Assembly (NCBI GenBank): GCA_031292385.1
Contig: JARLHE010000028.1
Location: 76,693-140,692 of the forward strand
Reading direction: 5' to 3'
DNA length: 64,000 nucleotides
Origin: Oligoflexia bacterium
GTDB lineage: Bacteria; Bdellovibrionota; UBA1018
Shown here: one piece after another, positions 42,056-51,365 of the stretch
How positions within the stretch are numbered: the first letter of the stretch is position 1
Layout: every line of letters starts with the position of its first letter
The notes under the pieces: model-generated
What the model saw: only the letters and a program-made list of their open reading frames with translations
What the model was told of the DNA's origin: nothing
Databases searched by the model: none
Made by a program: the position numbers and the translations under genes

Positions 42056-43637
42056 GCGCGCCCCTCCAATGAAACGAAATGAATACCGAAGCGACAGTCC
42101 CTGACGACAACACGAAAAGCAGCGCCGAAGCCGATTGCGCCGCCTCGAAGCGATATTGCGCCGACCATCGGACGATCAAAAGGGGCAACGGAACCAATTT
42201 CTCGCTGTAAAAAAGGCTGACGGCGGCGACCTCTCCGATGGAAGCCGCGGCCACGAGCGCGAAAGCGCCCGCGACGGACGAACGCCAACGCGGCCACTCG
42301 ATCTCAAAAAACGCCCGAGCCGGATCCGCTCCCAAAGTGGCGGCGGCCTCCAGGAGATTTCGCCGCGGCTCTTGGGCAAGCGGCCAGAAGATCCGAAACG
42401 CGACGTTAAAAAACAGCGCAAGCTGAATCGCGACGATCGCGGCGAAGCTTCCCTCGAACGGATCCACCCAGCGTCCGAACGCAAGCCAGAAGCCGAGCCC
42501 CAAAACCAGGGCCGAAATCCCGCCCGACAGGCTCGCCAGCGAAGCAAGCGCGGTCGTGACGGCCGGATGCAACCGGGGAGAGCTCAAGCTCATCACCGCG
42601 GCCAGGGCCGTCAGCACCACGAAAAACGCGCTCGTAACCGCGATTTTCACCGACACCGCGACCGCCGGCAGAACCTCTTTCGACCAAGGCACGATATCGA
42701 TCGATCGCCAAGACGCCGGAAAAATCGCGAGATAAGGAAGAAGGAAAACCGCCGCCGCGAAAAACGCGACTCCCGGAAGCCAAGATCGCGCGCCAAAAGA
42801 CCCGACTCCTCGCGCCCGCTCGCGCGCCGGGCGCGCGCCACGCCCCGGGTCGCGCGCCTGAAAAAAGAGAACCGCTGCCCAAGGCAAAAGAGTCACGAGA
42901 AGCTCCCACGCGGCACAGGCCGCCGCTCCGCCCACATCCAAGGTGCCGAAACGAAGCCGCGAGTAAACGGCGGTTTCCAAAGTCTGAACGGGAGGGCCGC
43001 CGCCTAAAATCAAAACCAACGCGAAGCTCATCACGCAGAATGAAAAGGCTTGGGTCGCCGCGGCGAAAAAAGACCATTTCACCGCCGGCCATTCCAAAAA
43101 CCGAAATCGCGAAAAGGCGGATGCGCCGAGCGTTAGAGCCGCCTCGAAGCGTCCCTCCGGGATGCGATCGCGCGCCTGTGCGACCCAAAGCGCGATCCAT
43201 GGGGCGTTAAAAAAAACATGGGCCGTAATCACGGCTTTGAGGCTATAGCTCCAATCCAGCGGAATCCCCAGGCGGGCAAGCCACCCGTTCCGGCCCAAGA
43301 TCAAAACCCAGGAGCTCGCGGCCACCGCCGTGGGAACCGAGAACGGAATCGCCAGAAGCATTTCATTGAAAAAAAATGCGCGCGCGCTCCGCGCTCCGGC
43401 CGCCGCCCCGCCCGCCGCTATGAGCAAGCCCAACGGCAACCCGATAACCGCCGCGATCATCGCGCTCGCCCCCGCCTGGGTCACCGTCACGCGAACCAGG
43501 GAAAGAATATCGGGGTCAAAAAGCGTTCCGCCATGAAGCCGGGAAAATAGCGCCGACACAGGCGCACCCACGCAAACCGCGCCAAAGAACAAGGTCCAAA
43601 TCGTCGCCACCCATCTGAATCCGGACGTCAAACTCAT
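42048..43637 (-). CDS. thiP: ABC transporter permease, duplicated domain (ThiP-like)
   Basis: Two EAA-LGA motifs, AHVFFNAP, SFALVLILGGGP; ATG 43637 overlaps the thiB stop. Confidence 0.85.
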   Translation of the reverse strand: MSLTSGFRWVATIWTLFFGAVCVGAPVSALFSRLHGGTLFDPDILSLVRVTVTQAGASAMIAAVIGLPLGLLIAAGGAAAGARSARAFFFNEMLLAIPFSVPTAVAASSWVLILGRNGWLARLGIPLDWSYSLKAVITAHVFFNAPWIALWVAQARDRIPEGRFEAALTLGASAFSRFRFLEWPAVKWSFFAAATQAFSFCVMSFALVLILGGGPPVQTLETAVYSRLRFGTLDVGGAAACAAWELLVTLLPWAAVLFFQARDPGRGARPARERARGVGSFGARSWLPGVAFFAAAVFLLPYLAIFPASWRSIDIVPWSKEVLPAVAVSVKIAVTSAFFVVLTALAAVMSLSSPRLHPAVTTALASLASLSGGISALVLGLGFWLAFGRWVDPFEGSFAAIVAIQLALFFNVAFRIFWPLAQEPRRNLLEAAATLGADPARAFFEIEWPRWRSSVAGAFALVAAASIGEVAAVSLFYSEKLVPLPLLIVRWSAQYRFEAAQSASALLFVLSSGTVASVFISFHWRGARD

Positions 43638-44665
43638 TGAACCGTTCGCGTCCATTGATTTAAAGATGCTTTGATTTTTTCCGGATCGGCCTCCAACCGG
43701 ATCACGCGCGCGGGCTTGGGAACGCCCTCGAAACTCGCCGGAAGCGCGACGCCCTTGCGCGCGGGATACATCCAGTTTCGGGTCGGGAGCAAGGCTTGCA
43801 CTTCTTTTGAAAGCAAGAATTCAAGAAAGCTTTGAGCCAAAGCTCGCTGGCGCGCTCCCTCCGGGCCATTAAAAGAATTCTTCACCAGAGCGGCCGCTTC
43901 GACCTGAATCGGCTGCCCCTCCTCAAAGATCACGGCTTGGTACCGGCCCGAGCGATCGCCATGCTCCTGATGATAAGCCTGGCTGGTCGTATAGCTCCAA
44001 ACCAGTGGGGCTTCCGCTTTGAGAAACAACCCGTAAGCACCGTCCCAGCCGGGAGCGAGCGTAAGCCACTGAGCGCGAAGCTTGGACCAATCGGCGCCCA
44101 AAGTATCCGCGTACAAAGCGAAAGCAAGCCCCGGCGTCGAGGTTCGCGGATCTTCAAGAATCAGATTTCGCCGCCACTCGGGCCGAAGCAAATCGGAAAA
44201 ACGCGCGGGCAGCTTGAGATTTTGCCGTTTGAGCTGATCCCGATCCGCCATGAAAGCGAAGTAGCCAAAATCATAGGGAACAAAACCGGCCGGAAGCCCC
44301 GCCGCCTTAACTTCGGGCGCGAGTTCCTCCCTTCCCGATCCGCCCACCGAAGAATCGATGTAACCGCGTGCGCGCTGCGCGGCCGGACCATCGAGACCGA
44401 TCACGATCTGGGCTCCGGATTTGCCGCGTTCGGCATCGAGAGCCAAACGCGAGATCAGCTGGCTTCCGTCTCCAGACGCCAGAAGCCGCACTTGGCAGCC
44501 GCATTTTTTTTCAAACTTGGGAATGATCTCGGGACCGAGCCCCCCTGGAGCAGCAAAACTGTCGTAAGCGTAGATCGTTAATAAAACGGGGGAAGCGAGA
44601 GAGGCCCGAACTCCCCAGCCTGCGACCGACAACAGCGCAAGAACAGCGGCAAGCCAAGGCCTCAT
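43634..44665 (-). CDS. thiB: Thiamine ABC transporter substrate-binding protein
   Basis: LTIYAYDSF, EDPRTSTPGLAF, WSYTTSQAYH, NWMYP. Confidence 0.9.
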   Translation of the reverse strand: MRPWLAAVLALLSVAGWGVRASLASPVLLTIYAYDSFAAPGGLGPEIIPKFEKKCGCQVRLLASGDGSQLISRLALDAERGKSGAQIVIGLDGPAAQRARGYIDSSVGGSGREELAPEVKAAGLPAGFVPYDFGYFAFMADRDQLKRQNLKLPARFSDLLRPEWRRNLILEDPRTSTPGLAFALYADTLGADWSKLRAQWLTLAPGWDGAYGLFLKAEAPLVWSYTTSQAYHQEHGDRSGRYQAVIFEEGQPIQVEAAALVKNSFNGPEGARQRALAQSFLEFLLSKEVQALLPTRNWMYPARKGVALPASFEGVPKPARVIRLEADPEKIKASLNQWTRTVQ

Positions 44666-44675
44666 ATGATCAGTT

Positions 44676-44993
44676 TTAAACGGTCGGATCGGGATGGTCG
44701 GCGCCTTTGTCCGAGTCCGGGCTCGTCGAGCCCGCATCGCCTCCGCGAGATTCGCGACTAGGCTTCAATAAACGAACCTTCGTATTGGCCCGCTCGTCCG
44801 CATCGGTCTCGAAGCGCCAGAGAATCTCGCAATTCTGAAGATGAGTGGTCGTCTCTTCCTGATTCGATTTGATGTGAATGATGCCGTTCGCATACAGGGT
44901 CACGTCGGCGTTGTCGACGTAAGTCCCCTCTTCCCCCGGGTAGAAAAAAATGACTCTCATCGCATGGCCTTGCTTTAAAATCCCGTTCGCCAT
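44676..44993 (-). CDS. Small hypothetical protein upstream of thiB (start uncertain: 44960, 44993 or further upstream)
   Basis: Compact beta-like core MRVIFFYPGE...TLYANGIIHI...NCEILW plus disordered tail; ends 10 nt before thiB. Confidence 0.6.
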   Translation of the reverse strand: MANGILKQGHAMRVIFFYPGEEGTYVDNADVTLYANGIIHIKSNQEETTTHLQNCEILWRFETDADERANTKVRLLKPSRESRGGDAGSTSPDSDKGADHPDPTV

Positions 44994-45118
44994 ATCGCCG
45001 CCGCCGTGTTTCATCTTTTTCAAAAATCTGCCGACCTTTTTGACCATCATCCGTCTTCTAATGCCTTTTCTCACAAAAAGACATGACTATTGAGCATCAA
45101 AGGCGATAAAAAGGGGCC

Positions 45119-46054
45119 GTGAAACCTGAATTCGACCCTATATTTGACGAAATCAATCAGATCAAAAAAGCTAAAAACGCCGTGATCTTAGCTCATTATT
45201 ATCAAGAGCCGGAGATTCAAGATATTGCCGACTTCGTGGGTGACAGCCTGGAGCTTGCACGAGCGGCCCAAAACACGAAGGCCGACCTGATTCTTTTCGC
45301 GGGCGTCCATTTCATGGCCGAAGGCGCCAAGATTCTCAATCCGACCCGCAAAGTCATCATGCCCGATCTGCGTGCCGGCTGCTCCTTGTCGGATAGCTGC
45401 CCGCCGGAGGCGTTTGCCAAGCTTCGGGCCAAGCACCCCGACCACTTTGTCGTTTCCTACATCAACTGCTCCGCCGCGATCAAAGCGCAGAGCGACGTGA
45501 TCTGCACCAGCTCGAACGCCGTGAAAATCGTGAGCCGCATCCCCAAAGATCGCGGCGTCATTTTCGCCCCCGACCGAAACCTCGGCGCTTATGTCGCCAA
45601 GCAAACCGGCCGTGACATGGTTCTTTGGCAAGGGACCTGTATCGTGCACGAGACTTTCTCGGAGCGAAAGATCGCCCAGCTGCGGCTCGAACACCCGGAT
45701 GCCGAGCTCATCGCCCATCCCGAGTGCGAGCCCTCGCTGCTCGCGAAATCCGATTTCATCGGCAGCACCTCGGCTCTTCTCAAGCACGTCATCGAGAGCC
45801 CGAAAGCGAAATTCATCATCGCCACCGAAGCCGGAATCCTGCATCAGATGAAGTTGAAAGCCCCCGGCAAAACGCTGATCGCGGCTCCGCCCAACCACGA
45901 GTGCAACTGCAACGATTGCCCTTTCATGAAATTGAACACGCTTGAAAAAGTTTTGCTCGCGCTGAAAAACGAGACCCCGGAAGTCGACGTGCCCGCGCCG
46001 CTCCGGGAAAAGGCCCTGGCGCCTCTCGAAAAAATGCTGCAATGGTCGGTCTAG
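45119..46054 (+). CDS. nadA: Quinolinate synthase A
   Basis: ILAHYYQ, FVGDSL, GVHFMAE, AGCSL, CIVH, AHPEC, CPFMKLN. Confidence 0.97.
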   Translation: MKPEFDPIFDEINQIKKAKNAVILAHYYQEPEIQDIADFVGDSLELARAAQNTKADLILFAGVHFMAEGAKILNPTRKVIMPDLRAGCSLSDSCPPEAFAKLRAKHPDHFVVSYINCSAAIKAQSDVICTSSNAVKIVSRIPKDRGVIFAPDRNLGAYVAKQTGRDMVLWQGTCIVHETFSERKIAQLRLEHPDAELIAHPECEPSLLAKSDFIGSTSALLKHVIESPKAKFIIATEAGILHQMKLKAPGKTLIAAPPNHECNCNDCPFMKLNTLEKVLLALKNETPEVDVPAPLREKALAPLEKMLQWSV

Positions 46055-46101
46055 CCATTACGCCCTTGGCAGGCCAGCTCCCTCATGCGATCTTCATAAA
46101 T

Positions 46102-46356
46102 ATGGTAACCGAAGAAGAAATGAAGGCAGAACTAGAACGGCTCCGCGCGGAGAACCAAGCGCTCAAGAAGACGACGTCCAAAGGACTCAGTCTGAAAGTC
46201 AGCGAAAAGGGCGCTCTATCCATTTACGGAATGGGTCGCTTTCCGGTGACCCTCTACAAGGAGCAATGGCTCAAGCTTCTCGACATGGCCGACGACATTC
46301 GCTCGTTCATTCAAGCGAATGACGCACAACTCAAGACCAAAGCCGACCGCCAATAA
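46102..46356 (+). CDS. Conserved small hypothetical protein (coiled coil + KVSEKG...GRFPVTLYKEQW motif)
   Basis: ELERLRAENQALK heptads followed by a distinctive globular motif. Confidence 0.8.
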   Translation: MVTEEEMKAELERLRAENQALKKTTSKGLSLKVSEKGALSIYGMGRFPVTLYKEQWLKLLDMADDIRSFIQANDAQLKTKADRQ

Positions 46357-46359
46357 CCC

Positions 46360-46375
46360 CGGAACGCCGATTGCA
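46360..46375 (+). promoter_or_regulatory. Putative sigma54 promoter of the elaB-like operon
   Basis: CGGAACGCCGATTGCA = GG-N10-GC, upstream of AAGGAG SD and ATG 46404. Confidence 0.6.
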
Positions 46376-46403
46376 GCGATGGCCATCTCAAGGAGACTTT
46401 GAA

Positions 46404-46643
46404 ATGGCTAACCCATCTACTTCCGCCGAAAAAAAGATCGAAGCGGCAAATCGCGAGGCCCAACGCGAGGCACTCGAGCTCATGGAAGGCGCGTCGGAAA
46501 GAGCGAACGAGCTGTATGCGCGCGCGAACTCCTGGTTCAACGAGAACCGCCGGACTGTTTACAGCGGCGCCGCTCTCCTCGCCGTCGGCGCGATCGGCTT
46601 TCTCATCGGTAAAAACTTCTTCGGCCAGCACTCGAACGAGTAG
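46404..46643 (+). CDS. ElaB/YqjD (DUF883)-like tail-anchored protein
   Basis: Helical N-terminus and C-terminal TM ...WFNENR...AALLAVGAIGFLIGK. Confidence 0.7.
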   Translation: MANPSTSAEKKIEAANREAQREALELMEGASERANELYARANSWFNENRRTVYSGAALLAVGAIGFLIGKNFFGQHSNE

Positions 46644-46650
46644 GCAACGA

Positions 46651-46983
46651 GTGGGCCTCAGGAATCCGCTCCCCCCTCTTCGCAAGGCGACGGATGCGGC
46701 CGCGAACATCATCTTTCTGGAGCGCGATCTTTACGTTCTGAAAGCCGAGCTTCGAGCCGCGAGGCAAATGCGAAAGGTAGCCCTTTTGGCCGCGAGCGTG
46801 GTCAGCTTCGGCATCGCGCTCGGCCTCTCTTTGTTTTGGCTCACCCAAACGCTGCACGAAGCAGGCTGGTCTTCGGGATTTCTCGCGATCGCGTCATTCG
46901 TGATTTTGAATTGCCTCACCGGATTTCTTTTTGCGTTGGCATTCGCCCCCGAAAGACCGGATACCGAAGGACGGCCACCATGA
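46651..46983 (+). CDS. YqjE-like (holin-family) two-TM membrane protein
   Basis: LERDLYVLKAELR followed by two TMs; follows the ElaB-like gene; probable GTG start. Confidence 0.6.
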   Translation: MGLRNPLPPLRKATDAAANIIFLERDLYVLKAELRAARQMRKVALLAASVVSFGIALGLSLFWLTQTLHEAGWSSGFLAIASFVILNCLTGFLFALAFAPERPDTEGRPP

Positions 46984-47198
46984 AACTTCTCTATTTCGTG
47001 CGACCCGCGAGCGAGGCCAAGCGCCAAGAGCTCGAGCGAAAGCTGAAAATCGAGAAACAGCGCCTGCTTGAAGCGACAAAGGAGGCCAAAGCGGCCTTTC
47101 TCCAGGATTTACCGGTCATCGAAACGGCGATCGCCGCGATGATCGGCGGAATCGTCGTCGGAATGCTCTGGAAGGCGCGGCGAGAACGCGTCAATTGA
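46980..47198 (+). CDS. YqjK-like small membrane-anchored protein
   Basis: ATGA overlap with previous gene; coiled coil plus C-terminal TM and basic tail. Confidence 0.6.
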   Translation: MKLLYFVRPASEAKRQELERKLKIEKQRLLEATKEAKAAFLQDLPVIETAIAAMIGGIVVGMLWKARRERVN

Positions 47199-47962
47199 CG
47201 AAGCCCGCGTCTTGGGACAAATTCAATCGCAATATGAGCCCGGGAGCCCAGACAAAGACCTTACCCGATCACTTAGCGAAGCGCGCGGCAACGGGGCTCC
47301 ACGCCGGCGAGCCGGTCGCGCAGTTTGAAATCGGATCTCTCAAAAATTTCGTATATCTGATCGTCGATTGGAAGGACCGATCCGTCTGGATCGTCGATCC
47401 CCAGCCCGACCTCACCCCTTTGCGGACGGCGATCAAGGTCCACTCGCTCGAGCCCCGAGGGATTCTGCTCACCCATACCCATCACGACCACGTTGGCGGC
47501 GTACCGGCCCTGGTCGACGAATTTCCCGGAATCCGGATTTACGTGGGCGAGCGCGACTTGCACCGACTCAGGCGCGAAGCGATCAAAAACGCCAGCGTCC
47601 GCCCGCTCAAACAAGACGAAAAGATCACTCTCGGAACCTCCCTGACTTTGCAGGCGCTTTTGACCCCCGGTCATAGCGCGGGCGAAGTCTGCTATTTTCT
47701 GGCCGCGACCCACGGCCATCCTCCCTACCTGCTCACGGGCGACACCGTTTTTATCCGCGACTGCGGGCGCACCGATTTCCCGGACGGAAGCAACGAGGAA
47801 ATGTTCACCTCCCTGCAACGCATTCGCGCACTGCCGCCGGAAACCGTCATCCTGCCTGGCCATCACTATCAACCTGAATGCGCCTCGACCCTGGAGCGCG
47901 AACTTCGGGAAAGTCCTCCGTTTCGGTGCCGTACCGTCGCGGAGCTCGCGTCTTTGCCATGA
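47195..47962 (+). CDS. MBL-fold hydrolase (glyoxalase II-like)
   Basis: THTHHDHVGG, TPGHS, TGDTVF..CGRTD, LPGHHY. Confidence 0.9.
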   Translation: MTKPASWDKFNRNMSPGAQTKTLPDHLAKRAATGLHAGEPVAQFEIGSLKNFVYLIVDWKDRSVWIVDPQPDLTPLRTAIKVHSLEPRGILLTHTHHDHVGGVPALVDEFPGIRIYVGERDLHRLRREAIKNASVRPLKQDEKITLGTSLTLQALLTPGHSAGEVCYFLAATHGHPPYLLTGDTVFIRDCGRTDFPDGSNEEMFTSLQRIRALPPETVILPGHHYQPECASTLERELRESPPFRCRTVAELASLP

Positions 47963-48561
47963 AAATCGCCATTCCGCTATCGATTGGCGTGCACGGAGCC
48001 GTGTTTTTCGCGCTGCTATTTGCGCTGCGAAAACACGAAGCTCCCACGGCGGGAACCGCCACGACCGCCTCCGAAAAAACTTTTTACAGCGTCACGGACA
48101 GTCATCAAGCGGCCCAGCCCCCGGCTCGCGCCACTCACCGGACGAAAGCGCCAACCGAGATCGCGCCGCCCGCTAACGCAAGCCCGAGCTCGAACTCGAA
48201 ATCAGAATTTGGCGCGGGATCAGCCCCCTCCGCGGCGGCTCCCGCCGACAGCGCCGCGAAAGGCGGCTCGAGCGAAAATATTTCTTACTTCTTACGCGTC
48301 CGCGAGCGCATCCAAAAAAACCTGAAGTACCCGCGAGAGCTCCGCGAGCGCCGGATTCAGGGGCAGGTGAAAATCGAAATTGCCATCGCTCCCTCCGGCG
48401 CGCTTCAGTCAATCAACGTCATCGAAAGCAGCGGACACCCCGAGCTGGACCGAATCGCCGTTCATTCAGCCAATTCCGCGGCCCCCTACGAAACGTTTCC
48501 ATCCACAGAAAAGGCGCGATCGCTCCGCGTTCCAATCGATTTTACCCTCCATTTCAATTAA
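47959..48561 (+). CDS. TonB family energy transducer
   Basis: TM with SIGVH (SxxxH), low-complexity linker, TonB-C domain KYPRELRERRIQGQV...SSGHPELDRIA. Confidence 0.88.
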   Translation: MKIAIPLSIGVHGAVFFALLFALRKHEAPTAGTATTASEKTFYSVTDSHQAAQPPARATHRTKAPTEIAPPANASPSSNSKSEFGAGSAPSAAAPADSAAKGGSSENISYFLRVRERIQKNLKYPRELRERRIQGQVKIEIAIAPSGALQSINVIESSGHPELDRIAVHSANSAAPYETFPSTEKARSLRVPIDFTLHFN

Positions 48562-48583
48562 CTCTCCCTCGCCTTCCGATAAA

Positions 48584-48700
48584 GGGCGGCCCTGAAAGAG
48601 TGAGGGGTTCTTGCGCCAGGATGGCGAAGCCCGAGCGCATGCGAGGGCGCAAGAAAGGCCCATGGATGGGCCGCCCCCGACACCTCTTTCTGGGCCACCC
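48584..48700. repeat. Structured palindromic (REP-like) element B
   Basis: Outer arms 48584-48607/48674-48700, inner stem TTCTTGCG/CGCAAGAA, hairpins CGCCAGGATGGCG, GCCCGAGCGCATGCGAGGGC and GGCCCATGGATGGGCC. Confidence 0.75.
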
Positions 48701-48719
48701 GCCCGGCAATTAATTCCTA

Positions 48720-48746
48720 TCGAGTTCCTCCCGCCCCTTCCGAAAA
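48720..48746 (+). promoter_or_regulatory. Possible sigma28 (FliA)-type promoter
   Basis: TCGAG-N14-TCCGAAAA versus consensus TAAAG-N14-GCCGATAA; upstream of AAGGAGG SD. Confidence 0.3.
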
Positions 48747-48773
48747 GAAAGACGGGCAAGGAGGCCCATCCAA

Positions 48774-49580
48774 ATGCGAACTCATCTGAACGCGCCCATG
48801 GCGTTGCTGGGATCGTCCCTCGTCATCGGCGCCTTTGCGTCGAGTGGATGTTTTATTCAGAACAAAATCGTTTATCCGGCCCCGGCCGACACGGTGAGCG
48901 GATTGTACGCCACTCAGCCAGTCTCCGTGGTTTATTCGGAAACCCTGAGGAACACGCTCTCGCAGCAAGACGGAAGCGTCAGCGCGCTGCCGGATCTCGT
49001 CGCGAACATCTTCACGAATCCGGTAGCCATCGGCCTCAGCGCTCCCGGCTCGAACTCCGGCTACCTCGCTTCGCCATACCCCTCCAGCTCGGGTACCGGC
49101 AATCTCGAGATCCCCATCACTTACAGCGCGATCGCCAAATCCATTTCCGCGAGCGCGACGCCCGGTAGCGCCACCGACGCTTGGGGAACTGATTCGTCTT
49201 GCCTGCTTCAAACTTTCATCACGATCACGGGGAATTTGGACCCGCTCGGCACGACTGCCTCCACGATTTCCATTCAAGGGGCTTCGGTATCGCTCAACGG
49301 ACGCTTCTCCGGCAAGGTGACCGTCAGCCTGCTGATCGCCGACATGACCGACGCGCTGACCTGTGCCACCGCTCTCCAGAAAATCAGCGCGTGCTATGGC
49401 AATCTGACCGATTGCGATTCCACCAGCGGCAGCGCGGTCGATAACCAAACCATCCAGGCGGGCTATCAGGCTTATTTCGGCCCATGGGTGGATGCTCAAG
49501 TCCTGACCGCCGCGGAGATCGCCCAACTCACCCCCGACCTCGAAAACGGCAGCTTAAGCTACGAAATCCAGTACCAGTAA
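48774..49580 (+). CDS. Hypothetical lipoprotein, Ser/Thr-rich with Cys residues
   Basis: AAGGAGG SD; lipobox-like ASSG-C; four further Cys. Confidence 0.72.
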   Translation: MRTHLNAPMALLGSSLVIGAFASSGCFIQNKIVYPAPADTVSGLYATQPVSVVYSETLRNTLSQQDGSVSALPDLVANIFTNPVAIGLSAPGSNSGYLASPYPSSSGTGNLEIPITYSAIAKSISASATPGSATDAWGTDSSCLLQTFITITGNLDPLGTTASTISIQGASVSLNGRFSGKVTVSLLIADMTDALTCATALQKISACYGNLTDCDSTSGSAVDNQTIQAGYQAYFGPWVDAQVLTAAEIAQLTPDLENGSLSYEIQYQ

Positions 49581-49606
49581 GCACCCGCCTCTGCTAAACT
49601 GCGGCC

Positions 49607-50239
49607 ATGCGCATTTCTAATCAAATTGTCTTCGCCAGCACTAACCGCGGAAAATTCGAGGAGATGCAAAGTCTTCTCGGCGCTGATCCGGAAATCGAGC
49701 TTCTTCCTGCGGAAACGATCCTTCGCAACGCGGACAAGCTCCGATTCGCCGAGCGCTACGACACCTATCTTGAAAACGCGACCGCTAAAGCGCGCCTTGC
49801 CAACACGGGCGCCCACTATCCTTGCCTTGCCGACGACTCGGGTCTTGAGGTCGAGGCTCTTGACGGAAAACCAGGAGTTCGCAGCCAGCGCTTCGCGACC
49901 CCGAAGGCCGGTCAATCGCAGGATGAAGCCAATATCGAACTGCTGCTTGCGGAGCTTGGAAGCGGAAAATCCCGCAAAGCCCGTTTCGTCACGACCTTGG
50001 TTATTGTGATGGAAGGGATCATGATCCAGGCCGAAGGCACCCTCGAAGGCTCCATCGCCACTCATCCCCGCGGCGAGCATGGCTTTGGCTATGACTCGGT
50101 TTTCGTTCCCAACGGAGCGACCAAGACTTTAGCCGAGATGACCTCCGCGGAGAAAAACGCGATCTCCCACCGGGCAAAAGCGCTTCGCGAGCTCATGCAG
50201 CAAGCCAAGTCGCGCGGGATCGTCTTCGCTAAGCCCTAG
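49607..50239 (+). CDS. rdgB: Non-canonical purine NTP pyrophosphatase (RdgB/HAM1)
   Basis: ASTNRGK, ENATAKA, ADDSGL, GFGYD, KNAISHR. Confidence 0.96.
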   Translation: MRISNQIVFASTNRGKFEEMQSLLGADPEIELLPAETILRNADKLRFAERYDTYLENATAKARLANTGAHYPCLADDSGLEVEALDGKPGVRSQRFATPKAGQSQDEANIELLLAELGSGKSRKARFVTTLVIVMEGIMIQAEGTLEGSIATHPRGEHGFGYDSVFVPNGATKTLAEMTSAEKNAISHRAKALRELMQQAKSRGIVFAKP

Positions 50240-50904
50240 GCATCCTTCCAAAGATATTTGTAGTAAACCCACTTCAGGTATTCCTGAATCGTCACGTGAA
50301 TTCCGTGAAGACTGGAACGCCACTCATTCGGCTCGAAGGGCTCCTGAAAGGCCGTGAGCGTATCCACATCGACTTTGAGCCCCTCGTGTTTGAGCGTTCT
50401 CTCAAAAATCAGCTGAGCGCGCTTCATATGATAACGCGATGTGACAAGTAGAATTCGGCTCCAACCGTATTTCTTGGCATAGGTCGCCAACCAATAGGCA
50501 TTCGCCTCGGTGTTTTGGCTTTCCGTCTCCATAATGACATTCTCAGGACGAATCACATCGCGGACGCCCGTCCGAAGCTGCTTACCGAGCGCTTTCCAGG
50601 TTGAGCCCGGTCCCATCCCCGAAATATAGAGATAAGGCGGTGTTTTAGCGGGCTTTTCGTGTTGATCATGCTCCCAATACCGGTACCAAAGATCACCGGC
50701 GGCAGCGATCCGGCCCCTCCCCCCTGCGAGACAAACCAGAGCGTCAACGTCAGGTAAATGGACCCCATCAACGGTGTCCTGATAGTCATAAATCTCGCCG
50801 GCCAATATCAACGGAAGGATGGAGATCCCTACAACCAGCCCCAAAAGGAGAAAGCCCAGATGATAGAAAATCGGCTTGATGCGATGAAGAAAAATCCGTC
50901 TCAT
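50236..50904 (-). CDS. YdcF/DUF218 family protein
   Basis: N-terminal TM, DALVCLAGG, ESQNTEANA, LLVTSRYHMKRA, EYLK. Confidence 0.88.
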   Translation of the reverse strand: MRRIFLHRIKPIFYHLGFLLLGLVVGISILPLILAGEIYDYQDTVDGVHLPDVDALVCLAGGRGRIAAAGDLWYRYWEHDQHEKPAKTPPYLYISGMGPGSTWKALGKQLRTGVRDVIRPENVIMETESQNTEANAYWLATYAKKYGWSRILLVTSRYHMKRAQLIFERTLKHEGLKVDVDTLTAFQEPFEPNEWRSSLHGIHVTIQEYLKWVYYKYLWKDA

Positions 50905-50947
50905 AACTACTTTTGTGACTTCTTTGAGGCTTTTTTAGCTTTGGGTC

Positions 50948-50976
50948 TTGCAAAAGCCGGATCTATTGAATAAGTT
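50948..50976 (+). promoter_or_regulatory. Putative sigma70-type promoter of rpmB
   Basis: TTGCAA-N17-TAAGTT. Confidence 0.5.
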
Positions 50977-51048
50977 ACCGAAACTCATTAAAACACTCAG
51001 TATCAGTGTTTCAACCGGTATTTTACTAGTATTTGAAGGATTTTAGCC

Positions 51049-51276
51049 ATGGCTCGTTTTTGTGAATATTGCGAAAAAGGTCCCCTGACGGGCAACAAGG
51101 TATCTCACTCGAATATCAAGACGAGAACTCGTTGGCTTCCTAACTTGAAGCGCATGAAGGCCGTTCTCAACGGAACGACCACCACCGTGCGTGTTTGCAC
51201 TCGCTGCATCCGCTCCGGCGTGATTGTCCGCCCGGTCAAGCGCACCTGGAAGCCAGAAACCACCAGCGCAAGCTGA
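51049..51276 (+). CDS. rpmB: 50S ribosomal protein L28 (Cys-containing form)
   Basis: MARFCEYC.K...[17 protein letters not shown]...VCTRC. Confidence 0.96.
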   Translation: MARFCEYCEKGPLTGNKVSHSNIKTRTRWLPNLKRMKAVLNGTTTTVRVCTRCIRSGVIVRPVKRTWKPETTSAS

Positions 51277-51365
51277 GCCTAGTTTCGTCGCAGCCCATTC
51301 GCACCTGGCTATCTCAACATCCCCGCTGCGCGCCTAGCTCGTCCAACGATGAGTCCCCGGGTGAA

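Noticed and set aside
46651-46983. Holin-family membrane protein as evidence of a prophage
   Set aside because: Context is the chromosomal elaB/yqjE/yqjK-type triad; no endolysin, integrase or structural phage genes nearby.
48584-48700. Possible tRNA (cloverleaf-like fold)
   Set aside because: No TTCG T-loop, D-loop GG or 7-nt anticodon loop; treated as a palindromic repeat instead.
51195-51365. Upstream extension of the histidine kinase ORF (likewise for gspD 13563, gspH 19597, gspK 21566, tonB 47878, thiB 44737)
   Set aside because: Extensions overlap the preceding genes; downstream starts fit signal/prepilin positions and operon coupling better.
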